This document shows positions 27,747-42,214 of a DNA stretch of 64,000 bases, piece by piece. Below the pieces are notes generated by a model, which worked only from the letters and a program-made list of their open reading frames with translations, made no database searches and was not told where the DNA came from. This stretch comes from Octopus vulgaris (Eukaryota). The translations under genes and the position numbers were made by a program. The stretch covers positions 141,360,001 to 141,424,000 of the forward strand of contig OX597815.1 in assembly GCA_951406725.2 (NCBI GenBank), given 5' to 3'. Position 1 is the first letter of the stretch; the number at the start of each line of letters is the position of its first letter.

Positions 27747-27750
<4 letters not shown>
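27440..27750 (+). mobile_element. HHR-bearing non-coding element (family H2), solo pLTR or retrozyme-like
   Basis: About 300 bp of T-rich non-coding sequence containing a canonical HHR and ending at (TA)n; boundaries inferred, single copy in the window. Confidence 0.45.
27553..27623 (+). ncRNA. Type I hammerhead ribozyme with fully canonical core
   Basis: cgt-at-ttatcg-CTGAAGA-gggg-aa-aatt-cttata-aatt-aa-ctcc-GAAA-ttgg-ga-ccaa-TA-cggtaa-ta-acg. All core nucleotides and all three stems are present; predicted cleavage after A27612. Confidence 0.85.
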
Positions 27751-27784
<34 letters not shown>

Positions 27785-28772
27785 GAGAGAGAAAGGGAGA
27801 GTGAGATACATAGATGGCTCCCCTCGCCCCATATATATATATGAGGGTATGCAATAATACAAATACTCACAACGGAAAGAAACGCGAGAAGCATTAGTAT
27901 AAGCATATTAACAGTCATATTTGACGAGTTTTTTTTTTCAATCCGTGGAGCTACTGGTATTCATTAGACAATGGTTATCACGAATGTAAGAATTAATCTT
28001 TTCTCCATTTTCGGTGTCTTTCGCTACTAAAAATATTGCTTATTTGGAAACTATATAATATTACTTCAACAGATTTGACAGAAATATATCCTGATGTGTT
28101 GAGTTTCTTGTCCGATTTATGCAACTCAACTTTTTATATCTTTTTGTAATATTCATTATTGTAAATTAATGTGCCAAATATCAAATCCAGAAAATCCAGA
28201 AAATCCAGGCACTGTTATATACATGTATGGACAACCTGTTCTATAATTGCGTATGGTTTATTAGGATTGTCATTTAATAATATATTTCTTTATAATTTAA
28301 CATGAAATATTACTTGATATATCAATCTGACTCTGTTGTAATTAACACTTGTGTAAAAAGAGATGGCTTCATTAGACAAATATATTATCTGTGCTTCTAA
28401 TTTATAGGTTGTTGAGTAATAACAATGCTATTGTGTCATAAATGTATATATGAGCATTGTATTGTTTAAATCGAAATTAATTGACGTACGCTTTCACAGA
28501 ACAATCTTTTGTAATTGTATTTATGTCACATGAATTTTGTCTTGCAAAAAAAAAATGTGACATCGATGTTTAGCGATATATTCATCACGAAAAGGCTTAG
28601 CTCACTTTCAATTTTCCGAGTATTTAAGACAAATGAAAGTAATTATTTCAAACGATTGAAGATGTTCAATGACAAATTTTATTTACAAGAGCAATAAAAA
28701 AATTCTTTCAAAAGAATTTAGCAAATAATTCTGAACTAATTATATGACAAAAGAAAATCAATACTAACAAAA

Positions 28773-28970
28773 ATATTTCCAATTTTGGCACAAGACCAGA
28801 AATTCTAAGTGGATTAGGTTAAGTTGATTATACCGACCTCGTTATGTGACTGGCACGTTACTCTATTGACCGGAAAGGTTAGATTTGGACAGGTTTGAAT
28901 TGAGAAGGTAAAGATAAAAGAAATATCACACATTAATTTCCCTCTTTCTAGCGATACTGCCGGCTATTTC
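28773..28970 (-). mobile_element. SINE family C, highly diverged
   Basis: aattttggcacaagaccag...gttgattataccgacc...actggcac..tattgaccggaaagg resembles 47910-48093. Confidence 0.55.
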
Positions 28971-29157
28971 CCAATGATATATTATAAAGATATTGATATT
29001 TACTTCATCTAAATGTCATTTTACAATTGAACATTCTCATAGCACGTATAAACACGGTCCTTATGAACAAAAGAGAACCCCTTGCCTGATAGATACATTG
29101 TGTCCCAAGCAATTCAATACACACACACGAACACGCACACACACACACACACACACT

Positions 29158-29217
<60 letters not shown>

Positions 29218-29339
29218 ACACAAAACACACATAACGTATATCTACTGTACACACATACATGCAGGCACTCACACAAATACACTCACAGACGTCTATATTT
29301 TGTCATAAGCAAGAACAAAGTACAGTGCTATCATGTACC

Positions 29340-29372
<33 letters not shown>

Positions 29373-30063
29373 GTATGCACACCCTTACGCAAAAAATTCA
29401 TATGTGAACACATGCATGCACACATAGAGATTCACACTCACATATACACGCCACACGGACTCTCGTTCTTACCTGCTACTAATGCTCCATTCTACAACAA
29501 ACGACCACATAGATCTACACTTACATGAACTCTCACACACACTCATATATACCACCATCAATCACAAAACTCCCTAACTGACAAACACACTATTCGCGAT
29601 CCGCCTACGTGTACAGATACATACATACACATTCTAAATCGTACATGGATATACATTGAGGACATATAAACCTCTCGTGCACGCGCGCGCACACACGCGC
29701 ACACACACACACACACACATACAAACACGCACGTACGCACATACACGTACATATGAACACACTTGCACAAGCATATTTCATATATACACAGATGCCAATT
29801 ACGTACACTTCTGTATTGAAAATTCCACATTTTCGATATCTCTCCATCTTTTGGGGCCATGTAACAATACACGTACGTTTCTCCGAATCACCTGCTCCCA
29901 CTACATTTTCATCTGCTCTCACGTTTTTCCCCCATTCGACGAAATACCTTGTCGGAAACGTCATATTTTATTCCCATTTTCCATCAAATACTGTCGTTGA
30001 ATGACTAATGCATTCCCTGTGTACACCAATTTGTAGTTTTTCCTGTATTTTCATTGTTCTTAT

Positions 30064-30105
<42 letters not shown>

Positions 30106-30249
30106 TACTACGTGTGTGTAGGAATGTGTGTATGTATGCATATATATATATATAATATATATCATATATATATGTATATACGTATTTATGTATATATATA
30201 TATGTGTGTGTATATATATATATATATATAAGTATACACACGCAAACAC

Positions 30250-30291
<42 letters not shown>

Positions 30292-30329
30292 CCAAGATGG
30301 CAGGTAATCCAGAAGACCCAAGATGGCAG

Positions 30330-31560
30330 GTAAGCCTATGTAACTCGGTTATGTGCGCTCGGTTGTAATATGAGGCGTGGTAATTAAATATTTCTTCAAT
30401 TGATGATAAGTCAGTTATACGAATCGAGATATCCTTAAGTGTATTATCAACGGTGGATTTACAGTGATTGGAATTATTGTTTAAGTACTTAAGGTACTGG
30501 TTGTATTTTTGATATGGAGAGTATTGCGAAGATTGTAAGTTTAAAGTGACGTCTAAAAAATTGGTGGTCTTGTGGGAATTTTCAAACGTAATAAATATTT
30601 TGAGGTTAGAGAAAAAATTGTGTAGACCTTTCCTAATTCCTTCTAAATACGATTAATTAACGATCTTGGTGACTAGCAAAGCATTATCTCTGTATAGACT
30701 TCCTTTGCTGTTAGAGAAGTGTATTCGGAGCTGATGGAGTAGGTATAGTCCAACAACGTCGTTGATCTGGTCGGATTCGGATGATCCCATAGTAATGTCA
30801 AAGAATTTGTTGTAGGTACTGTTACTGTTGTAGTGGTTAGCCCGGCACCAAAGTTTGTCCTCGAAAGAAATGAGTTTTTCGAGCATTAAGAACTATTTTT
30901 TAGATAGATTCCTAGCTAGAAGGAGGGTTTGACGTTCGGAAGAAATAAGAAATAGATGAAGAGTAATTATTGTAGGAAAGAAGAAGAGTTTTCACTGTTC
31001 AAGAAATCGAACCATGTTTTGGTTCGATGACGTTCAATTTGTCCATGACGATTGGCATTATTTTACTCAGAAATTTCTTTATCATTCGTTCCAGGTCAGA
31101 TTTGGTTGGGCATATAAGGCGTATAAAAGGTTTTGATACGAAGTCCTTCTTATAATCCTTCAGGTTGAGTGTGGAGATGTAGGGCATAGGGTTCATTGCA
31201 ATCTTCCACGTGCAGTATGTTCATAAGCTTGCATTGGTTGCTGTTAGTCAAGGACAAATGCCGGTGAAATGTACGTGATATCTATATTGATGAATTTGGT
31301 CTCTATTTCCCGATGGTAGTACGGTGTGCTTCCCGTTTTATCTGCCCTTTCTTTTTGAGGTTTACTAACCATTTTTATGTATCTCCCCAACTTAGCGCCT
31401 TTCAAAAATATCACCCAACCTCCCACTTCTCAAACGTATTCCTTCCTTATATTCTTATCGCATAGTTGGGTACGATAGTAAGAGAGTTGGGCAAGGAAAT
31501 TTTCCACCAATATTTTTTTTGTTTTCTGTATTGATTTGTTTGGCGTGTTCATGAATCTTT
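30330..31560 (-). pseudogene. Penelope-like element reverse transcriptase pseudogene (Naiad-like)
   Basis: Ordered motifs: ADKT; LKDYKKDFVSKPFIRLICPTKSDL; FDITMGS..DVVGLYLL..LYRDNAL (degenerate YRDD); then, after an in-frame TAA, TNFLDVTLNL..YSPYQK..SNH..LSSIEEIFN. Confidence 0.88.
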
Positions 31561-32789
31561 TTTTTTAAAGATATTTTGACAGGGTAGAATATTTTTGAAA
31601 GGAAAATGTTAGAGTCACATGAAGAAAACTTAACTTCATAAAACTGTCATCGCTGGTTATATATTTTCGCTTCCAGTAGGGTAGTAGGACATTTACATCT
31701 GTACATTGCAAATTAATAATGTAGTACGAAAACAACATATAGCATTAAATAGTGTATCTTTTCGTAGGTAGCTTTTATGAAATTATTTTGATTTCATTAA
31801 AAAAAATAGTATTTGTTGTAAAACAATTTATAGTGATCTAAAATAAGAATAGCCAAATATTTGTGATGAAGTGTGAATATATTACAGCATTTAGGAAAAT
31901 TTCTCACATTATAACCTGCCTTCACCAAACATAACAGAATATCGATTTTCAGCACCTGCTTTCTGTACTAAATGGTGTTCTGGCTTGAGATGTAGATACC
32001 ACGATTCACTTATTAATTATAATGATATCCAAAATGGGTTACAGCGTGTATGAGCAAATTGATTTCTCGTAGTACTCGATGCTTTAATGCTGTGTTTGTA
32101 CAGAAAACTTACGAGTTAATGCACCGAGGACACGTGATAATAATGCAGCAAGGAATTACCATATTATTTGTGTGGTCATGTATAAAAGAATGCATGCAAG
32201 CTGTTCTCAAACCATATCAGCAATGGGAGTGTATATGTGTAATATAATATCCATATATATCTTAACTCCATATTTACACTTTTATAGACTAAAGAGTGGA
32301 GGTTAATATTAAGTAGCATACTCATACATTCTCTATTCAGTAAATATTGCAGTATATTGTCTAATCAAAACTGAATAGTAGATGTAGATGTTCAGAATCA
32401 GGTGTATAAAAATGTTAGAATCGATCAATCAAAATGCTTAAGTATTCTCATCTATTTTGGTGTCTTGAAATCTATATCATTTGTTTACTGCAGAAAACAT
32501 GCGGTCATAATTTTTCACATGGTGTGAACTGTTAGATGAGAAATAACTTCGAGCTAATACAACAATTGTCAAATCACAATATAGAATAAAATCATTGCGA
32601 CAAATTCTACGTTACACATACTCTGCTTTACCCATACTTATACAAAAATTTAAAAGAATAAGTAAACATTTCAGTTATATGAGTTTCCCTATATCATCAA
32701 ACTATACAACGTAACATTCTGATAACGCTGGACAACTAAGCATATACTTGTACATATTTTTAAAAGCAATGATCAAATAAATCAATGAT

Positions 32790-32915
32790 ATTGATTTCAA
32801 ATATTGTCTCAAGACCAACGACTTTGGGTGAAGAGGTAAGTGGATTTCATTAGTGTTCAACTAGTACTTATGTTATCGAACTCGATTTCAGTGGAATTTC
32901 AACTCAGTAGGTAAA
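32790..32915 (-). mobile_element. SINE family C fragment
   Basis: gtgttcaactagtacttatgttatcga...ggaatttcaactcag similar to the other family C copies. Confidence 0.5.
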
Positions 32916-35900
32916 ATAAATTCATAATGTTAGATAAAACCCTTGAATCCAATAACAACGTGAAAGTCATCCACAGCTATACCAATTCTAGCATTAACTT
33001 TTTAAGTGTTATACCTGTACATATGCGAACATAAATATGGACAAAAACACACATATCTTGGATGGTCTACTGAAAATTCCATTGGCTGACCAAGATACTC
33101 TTAAGGAATGTGTCCAAAGTGGTTTATTGTACAGCATAGTCTCCCTTGCGCGTATATGTGTATGCATGTATATACTGACCATGAATATGTAACCTAGAAT
33201 CATATAAAGCTAGGAAAGGTTTTGTACTCTTAGAATATTTATAAAAATACCGATTAACTCACGCAGGGCTTTTAGATTTATATTTAGAATGTAAATACGC
33301 ATAACTATATTATTGTTAACTTGGCTTTAATACAAGAGTTTAATTCTAAAAATAATGCTTTATGAAATTGGTAGTTTGATCGAATGTGCGCCACGCAGAT
33401 ATTTACTTTCATTCATTTTTCCCATTTGGCCTTATTTAGTTGCTTTTTCCACGGTATAAGATGAAATCAATCTGCGGTCAGTTTGGTTTCATTCTTTTCC
33501 AGTGAAGTAAATATCTGCTGGCGTTGTTTTAATCGATTTGCTATCTTCCAATATGCAACGCCTAGGGCTCCCATTAGCAAAATACAATGTTCAAGAAGAG
33601 CTGCAAATTTATTGATTGTGCACACATAGGGATAGAAACAGCTTTTCCTTTATTCTAAACTTATAAAATAACGTTAAATGCAACTTCAAATGCGATAGTT
33701 GAAGGAGTTTACTACAAAAGAGAAAAACAAAACTTTTAATACAAAAACAAGCAAAACTTTTCAATAAGTTCTGTAATACCCTGACAACAACATTATAATT
33801 CCTTTTTCAGACATCCAATTAAGTGGCCTAAAATAATGTGATTGATTTAATTATTTGCATTTCACCACATATATGCGGCCTTGCAGATGATTTAAAACTC
33901 ATTATATTTTATTTAAATTTGCCTATTGTTTGCGTCTTCTATATTTTATTTTATTACACATAACCGAAACGTTTGGAAGTTCATTAACAATTCATAAGAC
34001 ATTATTACAAGACGTTCTAAAGAAACAAAATTGAATTAATATACAATCGATATAAAAATGTTACACTTATTTCGTTCATTCACTTTTTGTAAAGCTGTTT
34101 GATAGCATCGAAATTTGTTAATTTGAGAGGAATTGAATATTGTTATTTAGACAACACTTGTCATGAATTTTAAAGAATTGTAGGAGGATTTTTATTGCAA
34201 ATTATTACAGCCGAATTAAATTAGGTATAAAGAAATTCCTTTAGTCGTAATTTTGATTATATTTAGCATGAATGCTGTTATTTCAATTTGTGTCACGAAA
34301 TCGTACTTATACATATAAAATCTTACCTTTTCAGAAATTACTTTCACAAAGGTTAATGACCACCATCTCTAATATTAATATTCAAATTTTATTTTTATAG
34401 TAATTTTCATTTGAATTCTTTGTTTCAAGATTTGCTTAATTGAAACTGACGAAAATGTAATTGTTGCGTTATACGTATATAATGAGATGAATTCCATCAT
34501 CTTAGAAATGTTTTTCTATAATTTATTCAATATTTTAATTGAAATAATGGTATCGTTGTTGTAGTGACGAACTAACATTATAATGCATATATAGTGAAAG
34601 CAATTTTTTAAGAGGCTCCTTTATTTAATTTTTAATGAGAGTTATCAAAGAATTCCTTGCACAACGGTTTGAAAGCCATAATCATAGTTTATAATTAACA
34701 AACATATATCCTATATCGGATTTTAACATTGAACACCAACAGTCACACTATCGACATTCAAAAGTTATCATGGCACAAAAATAATTTAGCGAGAGTTTCT
34801 TTTATTTTTCCCAATATAAAAACAAGAGTCATGCCTGAAAATATGCCGAGATTTGTGGAGAAATTATTTCTGTTACAATGTCAAATTTTCTTGCATGAAA
34901 CCTAAAAATGATAGAAGGAATCAAAACGTCTAATTTGTGATATTTATCGACGAGCTTATTGAAACGTTGGCTCAAACATTCAATATTAAATACAATATTC
35001 AAAATAATTTTAGTGCAATATTTTCAAATATTAATGAAATTTTAAGAAAAAAAAAATTTAGAAATCAATACACTTTCAAAAATTACTGATTGTCATCTAA
35101 AAGTTAAATCCCTGATAGGGGAACGCACAGTAATGATATGGGATTCACAGTTCGTTCTAAATATCGAAATATTTTGTGTTCTATACAAGCGAAATACCTT
35201 CCATATTTTCAAGCCATCACAGATATGAAGAATAACTGTTATGATAATTTGTAAATTATTGGTTGCAAACATAATGTAGGATACAATTTTCAGAAGAATA
35301 ATTTCGAAAATGTATTTCGTTCGGCAATTTGTAAGTTAAGCTATTATGATGAAATTAATGCTGCCAGTATAACGAAATTGTAGCTGATTATTAAAGAGGT
35401 GTGATACATCTATTTTTATTCCACGTTATAAAAAAAATATGTATTTCTCACATAGCCATAAATTTGTAACATTGCAGTTAAATTTGATGAAACTATCCTA
35501 TCATATAATAGTTTATAACCCATTACCTCAATGAGTATGAATGTTGCAAGCTGACCTACCATGGCCGAGCTCAGATTTAGATATAAAGAATATACACTTC
35601 TTGCGCGAGGAATACACACTGGTATCTTACAATAGAAACATTGTTTATATTTAAAATTAGAGGAAACTGCAATAAAATATATTAATGTGTTCATATTACT
35701 AAATTTTATAGCCAAGCTTAATATACTCTCCTTATTTCCCAAGTTCACAACGAGAATTTCGGGTAATATGAATGGTAGTTTATTACATATTATATATATG
35801 CATTTGACATTGGAGAATATGTTAAATGCCGAATAGTTTTAAAATATGGAACTCTTGCCGTTTTATCTGTTTCAGGTAATGTTATACGCAATGAGAACTA

Positions 35901-36844
35901 ATGTTACTGATTTATGCTAGTTTATGTGTTATAAGACAAGACATTCTCACCACACATGAATACATGATTTTACATGAAAATGATGTTTTATTTCCCAGGG
36001 TCAAATCTGAGAAAATGTGTACATCATATGTTGATATCAAGAAATATGTCTGAATATCATAAGAAAAGTATTTATATATCATTGGTTAAAACGATGTAGA
36101 TACTTTTTACTATGGTATGATAACCATTGAAATTATTATTAGAAACTGTTTAAAAGTGTAAAAAATTTTTTGTTGTGAAACAACTTCTGCTTATATCGTT
36201 TATTTTACATCCAGTGACATATTTCAGTGATTCCAGTGAAAACTAGCAAGGTATTCTAAAATTAGGCGTAGCAAATGACTTATAGAAAATATGTAATCAA
36301 GTGTAGGTTTAACGCTATCATCAAAATGAAAATATTCCATTAAGAACATTAATCCCACTATAATATTAATAGTTAAAAGTAGGTTCTATATCAGCATCTG
36401 AACGGTAATGAAATGCAACTTGGAACATTGGGCACGTTCCCCATCAGGTTTAGGAAATTTATACTTCGACCATAACAATTCCAGTGACTGGGGACATACA
36501 ATGGTCAGACCATGACTCCGTTATGTATATGTGTAAGCGTGTGTGGTTACGTATATATATATTACATACCTACATATATATATATATATATAGACACACG
36601 AGTGGGTATACACACGAAGGAAAGTATCACATTTCATAGCAACGCTAATTTCTGCGGCATCCACCCACCAATATCTTTTTCTAGTACGTGGATCGAAAAC
36701 TAAAGATAAAGAACTGAAATTGCTTTCGGAGCACGTAAACTGTGCTGCTCAGTAAGACGTATCATCTAGATACCACCTGGAGTGTGCCTCCTATTATTTT
36801 ATGCTTCTCTAGATACCTAAAGGTATACGTTTGTCCAACTTTAG

Positions 36845-36970
36845 TGGAACAAATCAATCCGAGGATTAATGCTTTGTAAGCCTAGTACTTATTATATCGG
36901 ACTCTTTTGCTGAACCGCTAAGTTACGGGGACGTAAACGCACTAACCTTGGTTGTCAAGCGATGTTGGGT
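36845..36970 (-). mobile_element. SINE family A, 3' fragment
   Basis: tttgtaagcctagtacttatt..cttttgctgaaccgctaagttacggggacgtaaac is nearly identical to 49945-50010. Confidence 0.85.
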
Positions 36971-37035
36971 GAGCAGAAAGATCTATAAAAATACATTCAT
37001 ACATACATACATGCATACATACTAACGTACATATA

Positions 37036-37804
37036 TAGTGTGCGATGAGTAAATTGGCAGAATCTTATATTTTTAATTTCGCGCATGCGCATGCTGGTTT
37101 TTAGTTCTGTCGACTACAGAGTACAGTAGGGCCAGTCGGGCACCGTTTATGAGAAAAAACATCAAAGTGACGCAATTCACTCTGCCAGAAATTTGGAAAC
37201 GACATGCTGGACTCCTTGGCATGCGCACTAGAACGTCCCTTAGAGGATTTGGATGTCAATCTGAGGAAGGTGCAATCTGAGGACATGAACTCAAGACAGA
37301 GACCTCCATCAAGTTGTTGGAGGAGGTATTACTGCCCTGGGTCACGAAAATGGCTGCTGGCAGACTCTATGTCTGTCAACAGGACTTTGAACCATGCAAC
37401 ACTAGCAGGCGAACACAGTCATGGCTATCAAACAATTTCAGCGACCACATCACCTCTAAAATATTGCTAACTCCCCAGACTAAAACACCCTTGATAATTA
37501 TGTGCGGAGCGCAGTTGAGCGAAAAACTAGCGAAATTCCTTGTAACACCGAAGTCGAACTGAAAACAGGTATTATTGCGGCGTTCACCAATTTAAACAAG
37601 AAGAGAATCTAGAAGAGTTGTAGCAGATTCTGAAGTCGTTTGGATGCCGCGGCTGAAGCTAATGGTGATCATATTGAATAAATTCTCTTTTTAGTATATC
37701 AAGATATTTTTATATGATTTAGGCAAATATTCCTGTTAAAAGGAGATGTCAGTGTTATTTTCATTTTTGCGTAATTCAGACGACAGTTTATTCATCGTAC
37801 CCTA
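37036..37804 (+). mobile_element. Internally deleted Tc1/mariner-superfamily transposon (maT/DD37D-like) with both TIRs
   Basis: TIRs tagtgtgcgatgagtaaattg / cagtttattcatcgtacccta with flanking TA; ORF 37314-37562 LEEVLLPW..YVCQQDFEPCNTSRRTQSWL matches the QQDSAPCH catalytic region. Confidence 0.85.
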
Positions 37805-38386
37805 TACGTGCGCGCGCGGGTGTGTGTGTGTGTGAGCGTGTGTGTGCGTGTGTGTGTGTGTATACGACAAGCAGAGGAAACATTGGGACTATCCGTTGAA
37901 GTGCCGCACTCTCGCAATTAACTAACCTAAGTGTAGATATGGAGCCAAGAAAATAATTAAATTAGAATTATAGATGACCTAGATGCTATCAGTAAGGAAT
38001 CAAAAGTTACATATCGAAACTTTTTCCACATTTGAAACTTTCAGTAAAACTATAAAAATTCTGAAAGAACCAGAAAATGTGCAAATGGTTGGATACTGGA
38101 ATAGAATGCTGCAATATGGAAATCTTGACCGACACAATAAATTAACAGACTCTTCTTTCGTAAAGCTTTGTATGGTGGAATTAAAACACTGACTTGAACC
38201 AGAATTATAGATCTATTGCTTGCCAAAATATTCTGTTTTATATATATATTTATGTACGTACACACACATATACACACACAGACGCATTCTATATTTATAT
38301 ATATGTATAGGCATATTTGTGTATATATATATATATTTATAAATGACACACCCAAATACAAACTCAAACACACACAACACACACAA

Positions 38387-38389
<3 letters not shown>

Positions 38390-38463
<74 letters not shown>
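38390..38463. repeat. (TA)n microsatellite
   Basis: Direct reading. Confidence 0.95.
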
Positions 38464-38466
<3 letters not shown>

Positions 38467-38983
38467 GGCATAACTGTGAAAGATAGTGGAGTGACAATTT
38501 TCGATCATATAAATGTCTTGAGAATATTCCAAGATTATAAAATCTAGGTTTCTATCTTGCCACTAAAATATCTGTAATTCATTTTGCGAATATTTTCTTT
38601 GTTATTAAACGAGGCTTACAATGGTTAGGGGCTCCAATTTGTCACAATGTGGATTGCTGAAAAGATATGCTCCAAAACATTTGTCATTTTTGAGAAAATT
38701 GTGCATTATCTTCTAACATTAGGATAATGAAAATGTTCCTATTTGACAGTTAAGCCTAAATAAAATGTTTCCTAGGGTATAATATATTTTTATGATATAC
38801 TGTACGTTATAGAATTAGTGAGTGCTAGTTTCTCGCTTCAACATTTACCTCAGAATATCCTAGCCTAGACTGTAATCGTGCATAGAGAAAAATATTTTAT
38901 GATATTGGTTATATCTCATACAAAGAGAACAAGGTGCTTAAAATTAATGCAGGACGAGTTTATCTGTTACATGTATCCCAGAC

Positions 38984-39270
38984 AGAGAGAGAAAGCGAAA
39001 GAGAGAGAGAAGAAGAAAGAAGAAGAAGAAGAAGAAGAAGAGGATGGGAAAGGGAAGGAAGATGAGGAGGAGAGCTTATGGGAGGTGATGAGGAGGGAGG
39101 GAGGAAAGGAGCTAAGGGAGAATAAGAGGTAGAGGAGGAGGAGGAGAGGAGGAGTAAGAAGTGGAAGCGGAGAGAGGTAGGGGTGAGGGATGAGGATGAT
39201 GAGGATGATGAGCCCGATGATGATGAAGAGGAGGAGGAGAAGATAGAAGAGGAGGAAGTGGAGGAAGTGC
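38984..39270. repeat. Purine-rich low-complexity tract (GA/GAA/GAG/GAT)
   Basis: Direct reading. Confidence 0.9.
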
Positions 39271-39781
39271 AGCAGATAAATAAATACTCAAAATTGAACT
39301 GAACAAATGATCACGGATAGGCTGAGCACTAAACGAAAATTACGCGCTATTTCTTCAAATCTGAGAATTTCCAGAATTACTATACTAACGTACTTGACCA
39401 TACACATGAAGTACAATCACTCTCTAAACCAGAACACTATAATGTATGGTGTTTGGCATGTCTTGCATAATTTGCAAAAGCATAACTCTGGGAAATGTGC
39501 CTTTATCACATGACATTTGGAATGCATTTTCCATCTAAAGGGAAGAACATAACTATGAATTAACTTAGGAAAGAAGACAATAAAATACTTAATCTCCTCA
39601 TACCGTTAAAATTATAAATTATGTCAGAAATTTATAAAGACAATATACGGGAAAAGGGCAACTAGGCAAATCTAAGCAACTACATCCCATTTTCTGAGAA
39701 TGACAATATACAATGCATTCCATAAAAATAGCATCTCTGGAATAAATAGTGGTTTGAAATTTTCGCAGAAAGCTAGCAATT

Positions 39782-39943
39782 TCGAATAAATCGATCCCAG
39801 TGTTCAACTGGTACTTGTTTTCTCGACTCCAGAAGAATGGTGAAGTCAGCCTCAGAGGAATTTGAACGTAGAACGTTAAGACCGATGAGATGCTGCCAAG
39901 TATTTAACCCGGCGTTTTAACAATTCTGTAAGCTCGCCGCCTT
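39782..39943 (-). mobile_element. SINE family C
   Basis: cccagtgttcaactggtact...ggaatttgaacgtagaacg...agctcgccgcctta. Confidence 0.8.
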
Positions 39944-40345
39944 AGCTCTGGAATAAATATTAGTAGTAACCTCGTTGAGTATATTCATATCAACTCATTT
40001 CAGCAATGTTGCCGAATGAAATGTAAACGTCACATATCTAATGCTGTTATTTAAGACAAAAAAAAAACAACAACAAATAAATAATTTACAAATATATGTT
40101 AGTGATCCTCCGGGGAAGGAATTTTCTTCTCAAATCTGAGATAGGGACTCAAAATTTCAAAACTCTGGTTCGTTCATGCTTATATCACTAATTATTCGTG
40201 CACTTGTGTATCGTATTACAATTTTAATGTTCTTATATCTGCTTTTAGTTTTCAGGCAGTATTTTGTAAGATAACTCTCATATTACCAATACAATGTGAA
40301 TGTGGTACTTTGCAATATACAAGACTGTTCTAATCATATATATGT

Positions 40346-40408
<63 letters not shown>

Positions 40409-41103
40409 TTCTATCCAAATTCCAGTGAGTGATCTTCATTTCTTTCTCATAAAACAACCTCCTCGAAGGAAGAATTCAAAAGATTAATAAAGGAACACTC
40501 ATATTCACATGCATACATACAAGTGTGTGCGTCTGTCTTTGGGTTTGCACGCGCACGTGCGCATGCGTATCCTTCGGATATGTTTGCATGTGATGCTAAT
40601 AACGACTTGGATGAATTCGAATGTTGCTGTCATGATACGAATTCCTAAACTGCAATGATAAGCAGGTTTATTAAATTTTTGATGCCACTCTATACCACCT
40701 TTACCTTGAAATTTCTGTCTTAGTATTCAATATGTTTACATAATGTTTAACCGGGAGCTTATTTTCTACGGAATATAATATCCCCGAAATATTTCAATCA
40801 AATAAAATATCCTACGAAGAAAGTATATTCAACTTATGTATGGATATTAACAAAATATTTTGGGTATATCCTCAGAGAAAATAACGCATCGAAGTATTTC
40901 GTATCTGCATCATGAAAACCAATATAATTATAAGAATCAATTTATAACTATATGAGATACGTTCAAGGGGAAGAGCTACGTTTCAATACACCTTACGGTA
41001 TTTCATGTAAATGATAGAGTAAACGGAAACTTGATAAATATGTAACTCATTCAGCCGGGCATTGCCCGACAGAACACAACTGTGCACATATAGATATATA
41101 TGT

Positions 41104-41228
<125 letters not shown>

Positions 41229-41833
41229 TAAATATATACATGCATACATGCATATATACATACATACTTATGCATATGTATAAGCAAACGCACACACGTT
41301 ACTCACACATAGACACAGATAAACACATGCACAAAGAATCGTATAATTTTACGCACGATGACATAACTCTCACTTACACTCACGCTCAAATTCGTAACTC
41401 TATGATTTATCGACAATAAAATGGGGAGAGTTACACACTTGTGTATATAGACAGAAATATACTTACAGCTGAGTGTATAGGGCTCTGTATTTACCATGGC
41501 AGGAATTCTTTAATTTATATAAGTAATGTTTAACCCGTAGCAGTGATATGCCTATCTCGACTGATGATTTTCAAGTTTATAATCAACTAGGGAAATTCAT
41601 TTTAAGAGTATATTATGGATAAGATACAACTACATCACAGACAACACTGAACATTCTTTATGAATGAAGAATGGCCATTGACAATAATTTCTGTAAAAGT
41701 TCCGAATGCACCGAATGTGAATACACACTCGCACTATATATATATATATATATATATACATCCATACGTAATACATACTGACGAACACGGAAGCGCACAT
41801 ACGCATATTGACACACAAACGTAAGCACACACA

Positions 41834-41884
<51 letters not shown>

Positions 41885-42214
41885 TATTAAGTTGTTTCAC
41901 ATGAATTGTCGTATTTGAAAGGTAACAATAAAATGTTTCAGAAGTGTTAGAGATCTGATTTGTTGAATCAAAGTATGATCCATATTCATTTATGAAGTTT
42001 ACTCAACTTTTCTCTTTGTCATATATTCCGTCTTTAAAAGAAAATCCATTAAATAATACCTGTGATTAACTTCAGACCCTTTATATGAATTACTACGATA
42101 TTGCACAGTGTATATACACATATTTTGATGTAACTATGTTCTATTAGTGTGGGAGATGCATGCATATGTGGGTACCTGTGTTTGCACATGTCTAGCTATG
42201 TATATTTTTGTGTC

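Noticed and set aside
30653-30655. In-frame stop in the Naiad-like RT as possible selenocysteine recoding
   Set aside because: The codon is TAA, not TGA, and the element has frameshifts and a degenerate YRDN motif.
34327-34368. Possible 42-nt minus-strand microexon ending AAG|GTAAGA
   Set aside because: No polypyrimidine tract at the acceptor and no recognisable peptide.
41553-41610. CTGATGA...GAAA on the plus strand
   Set aside because: No convincing stems I or III.
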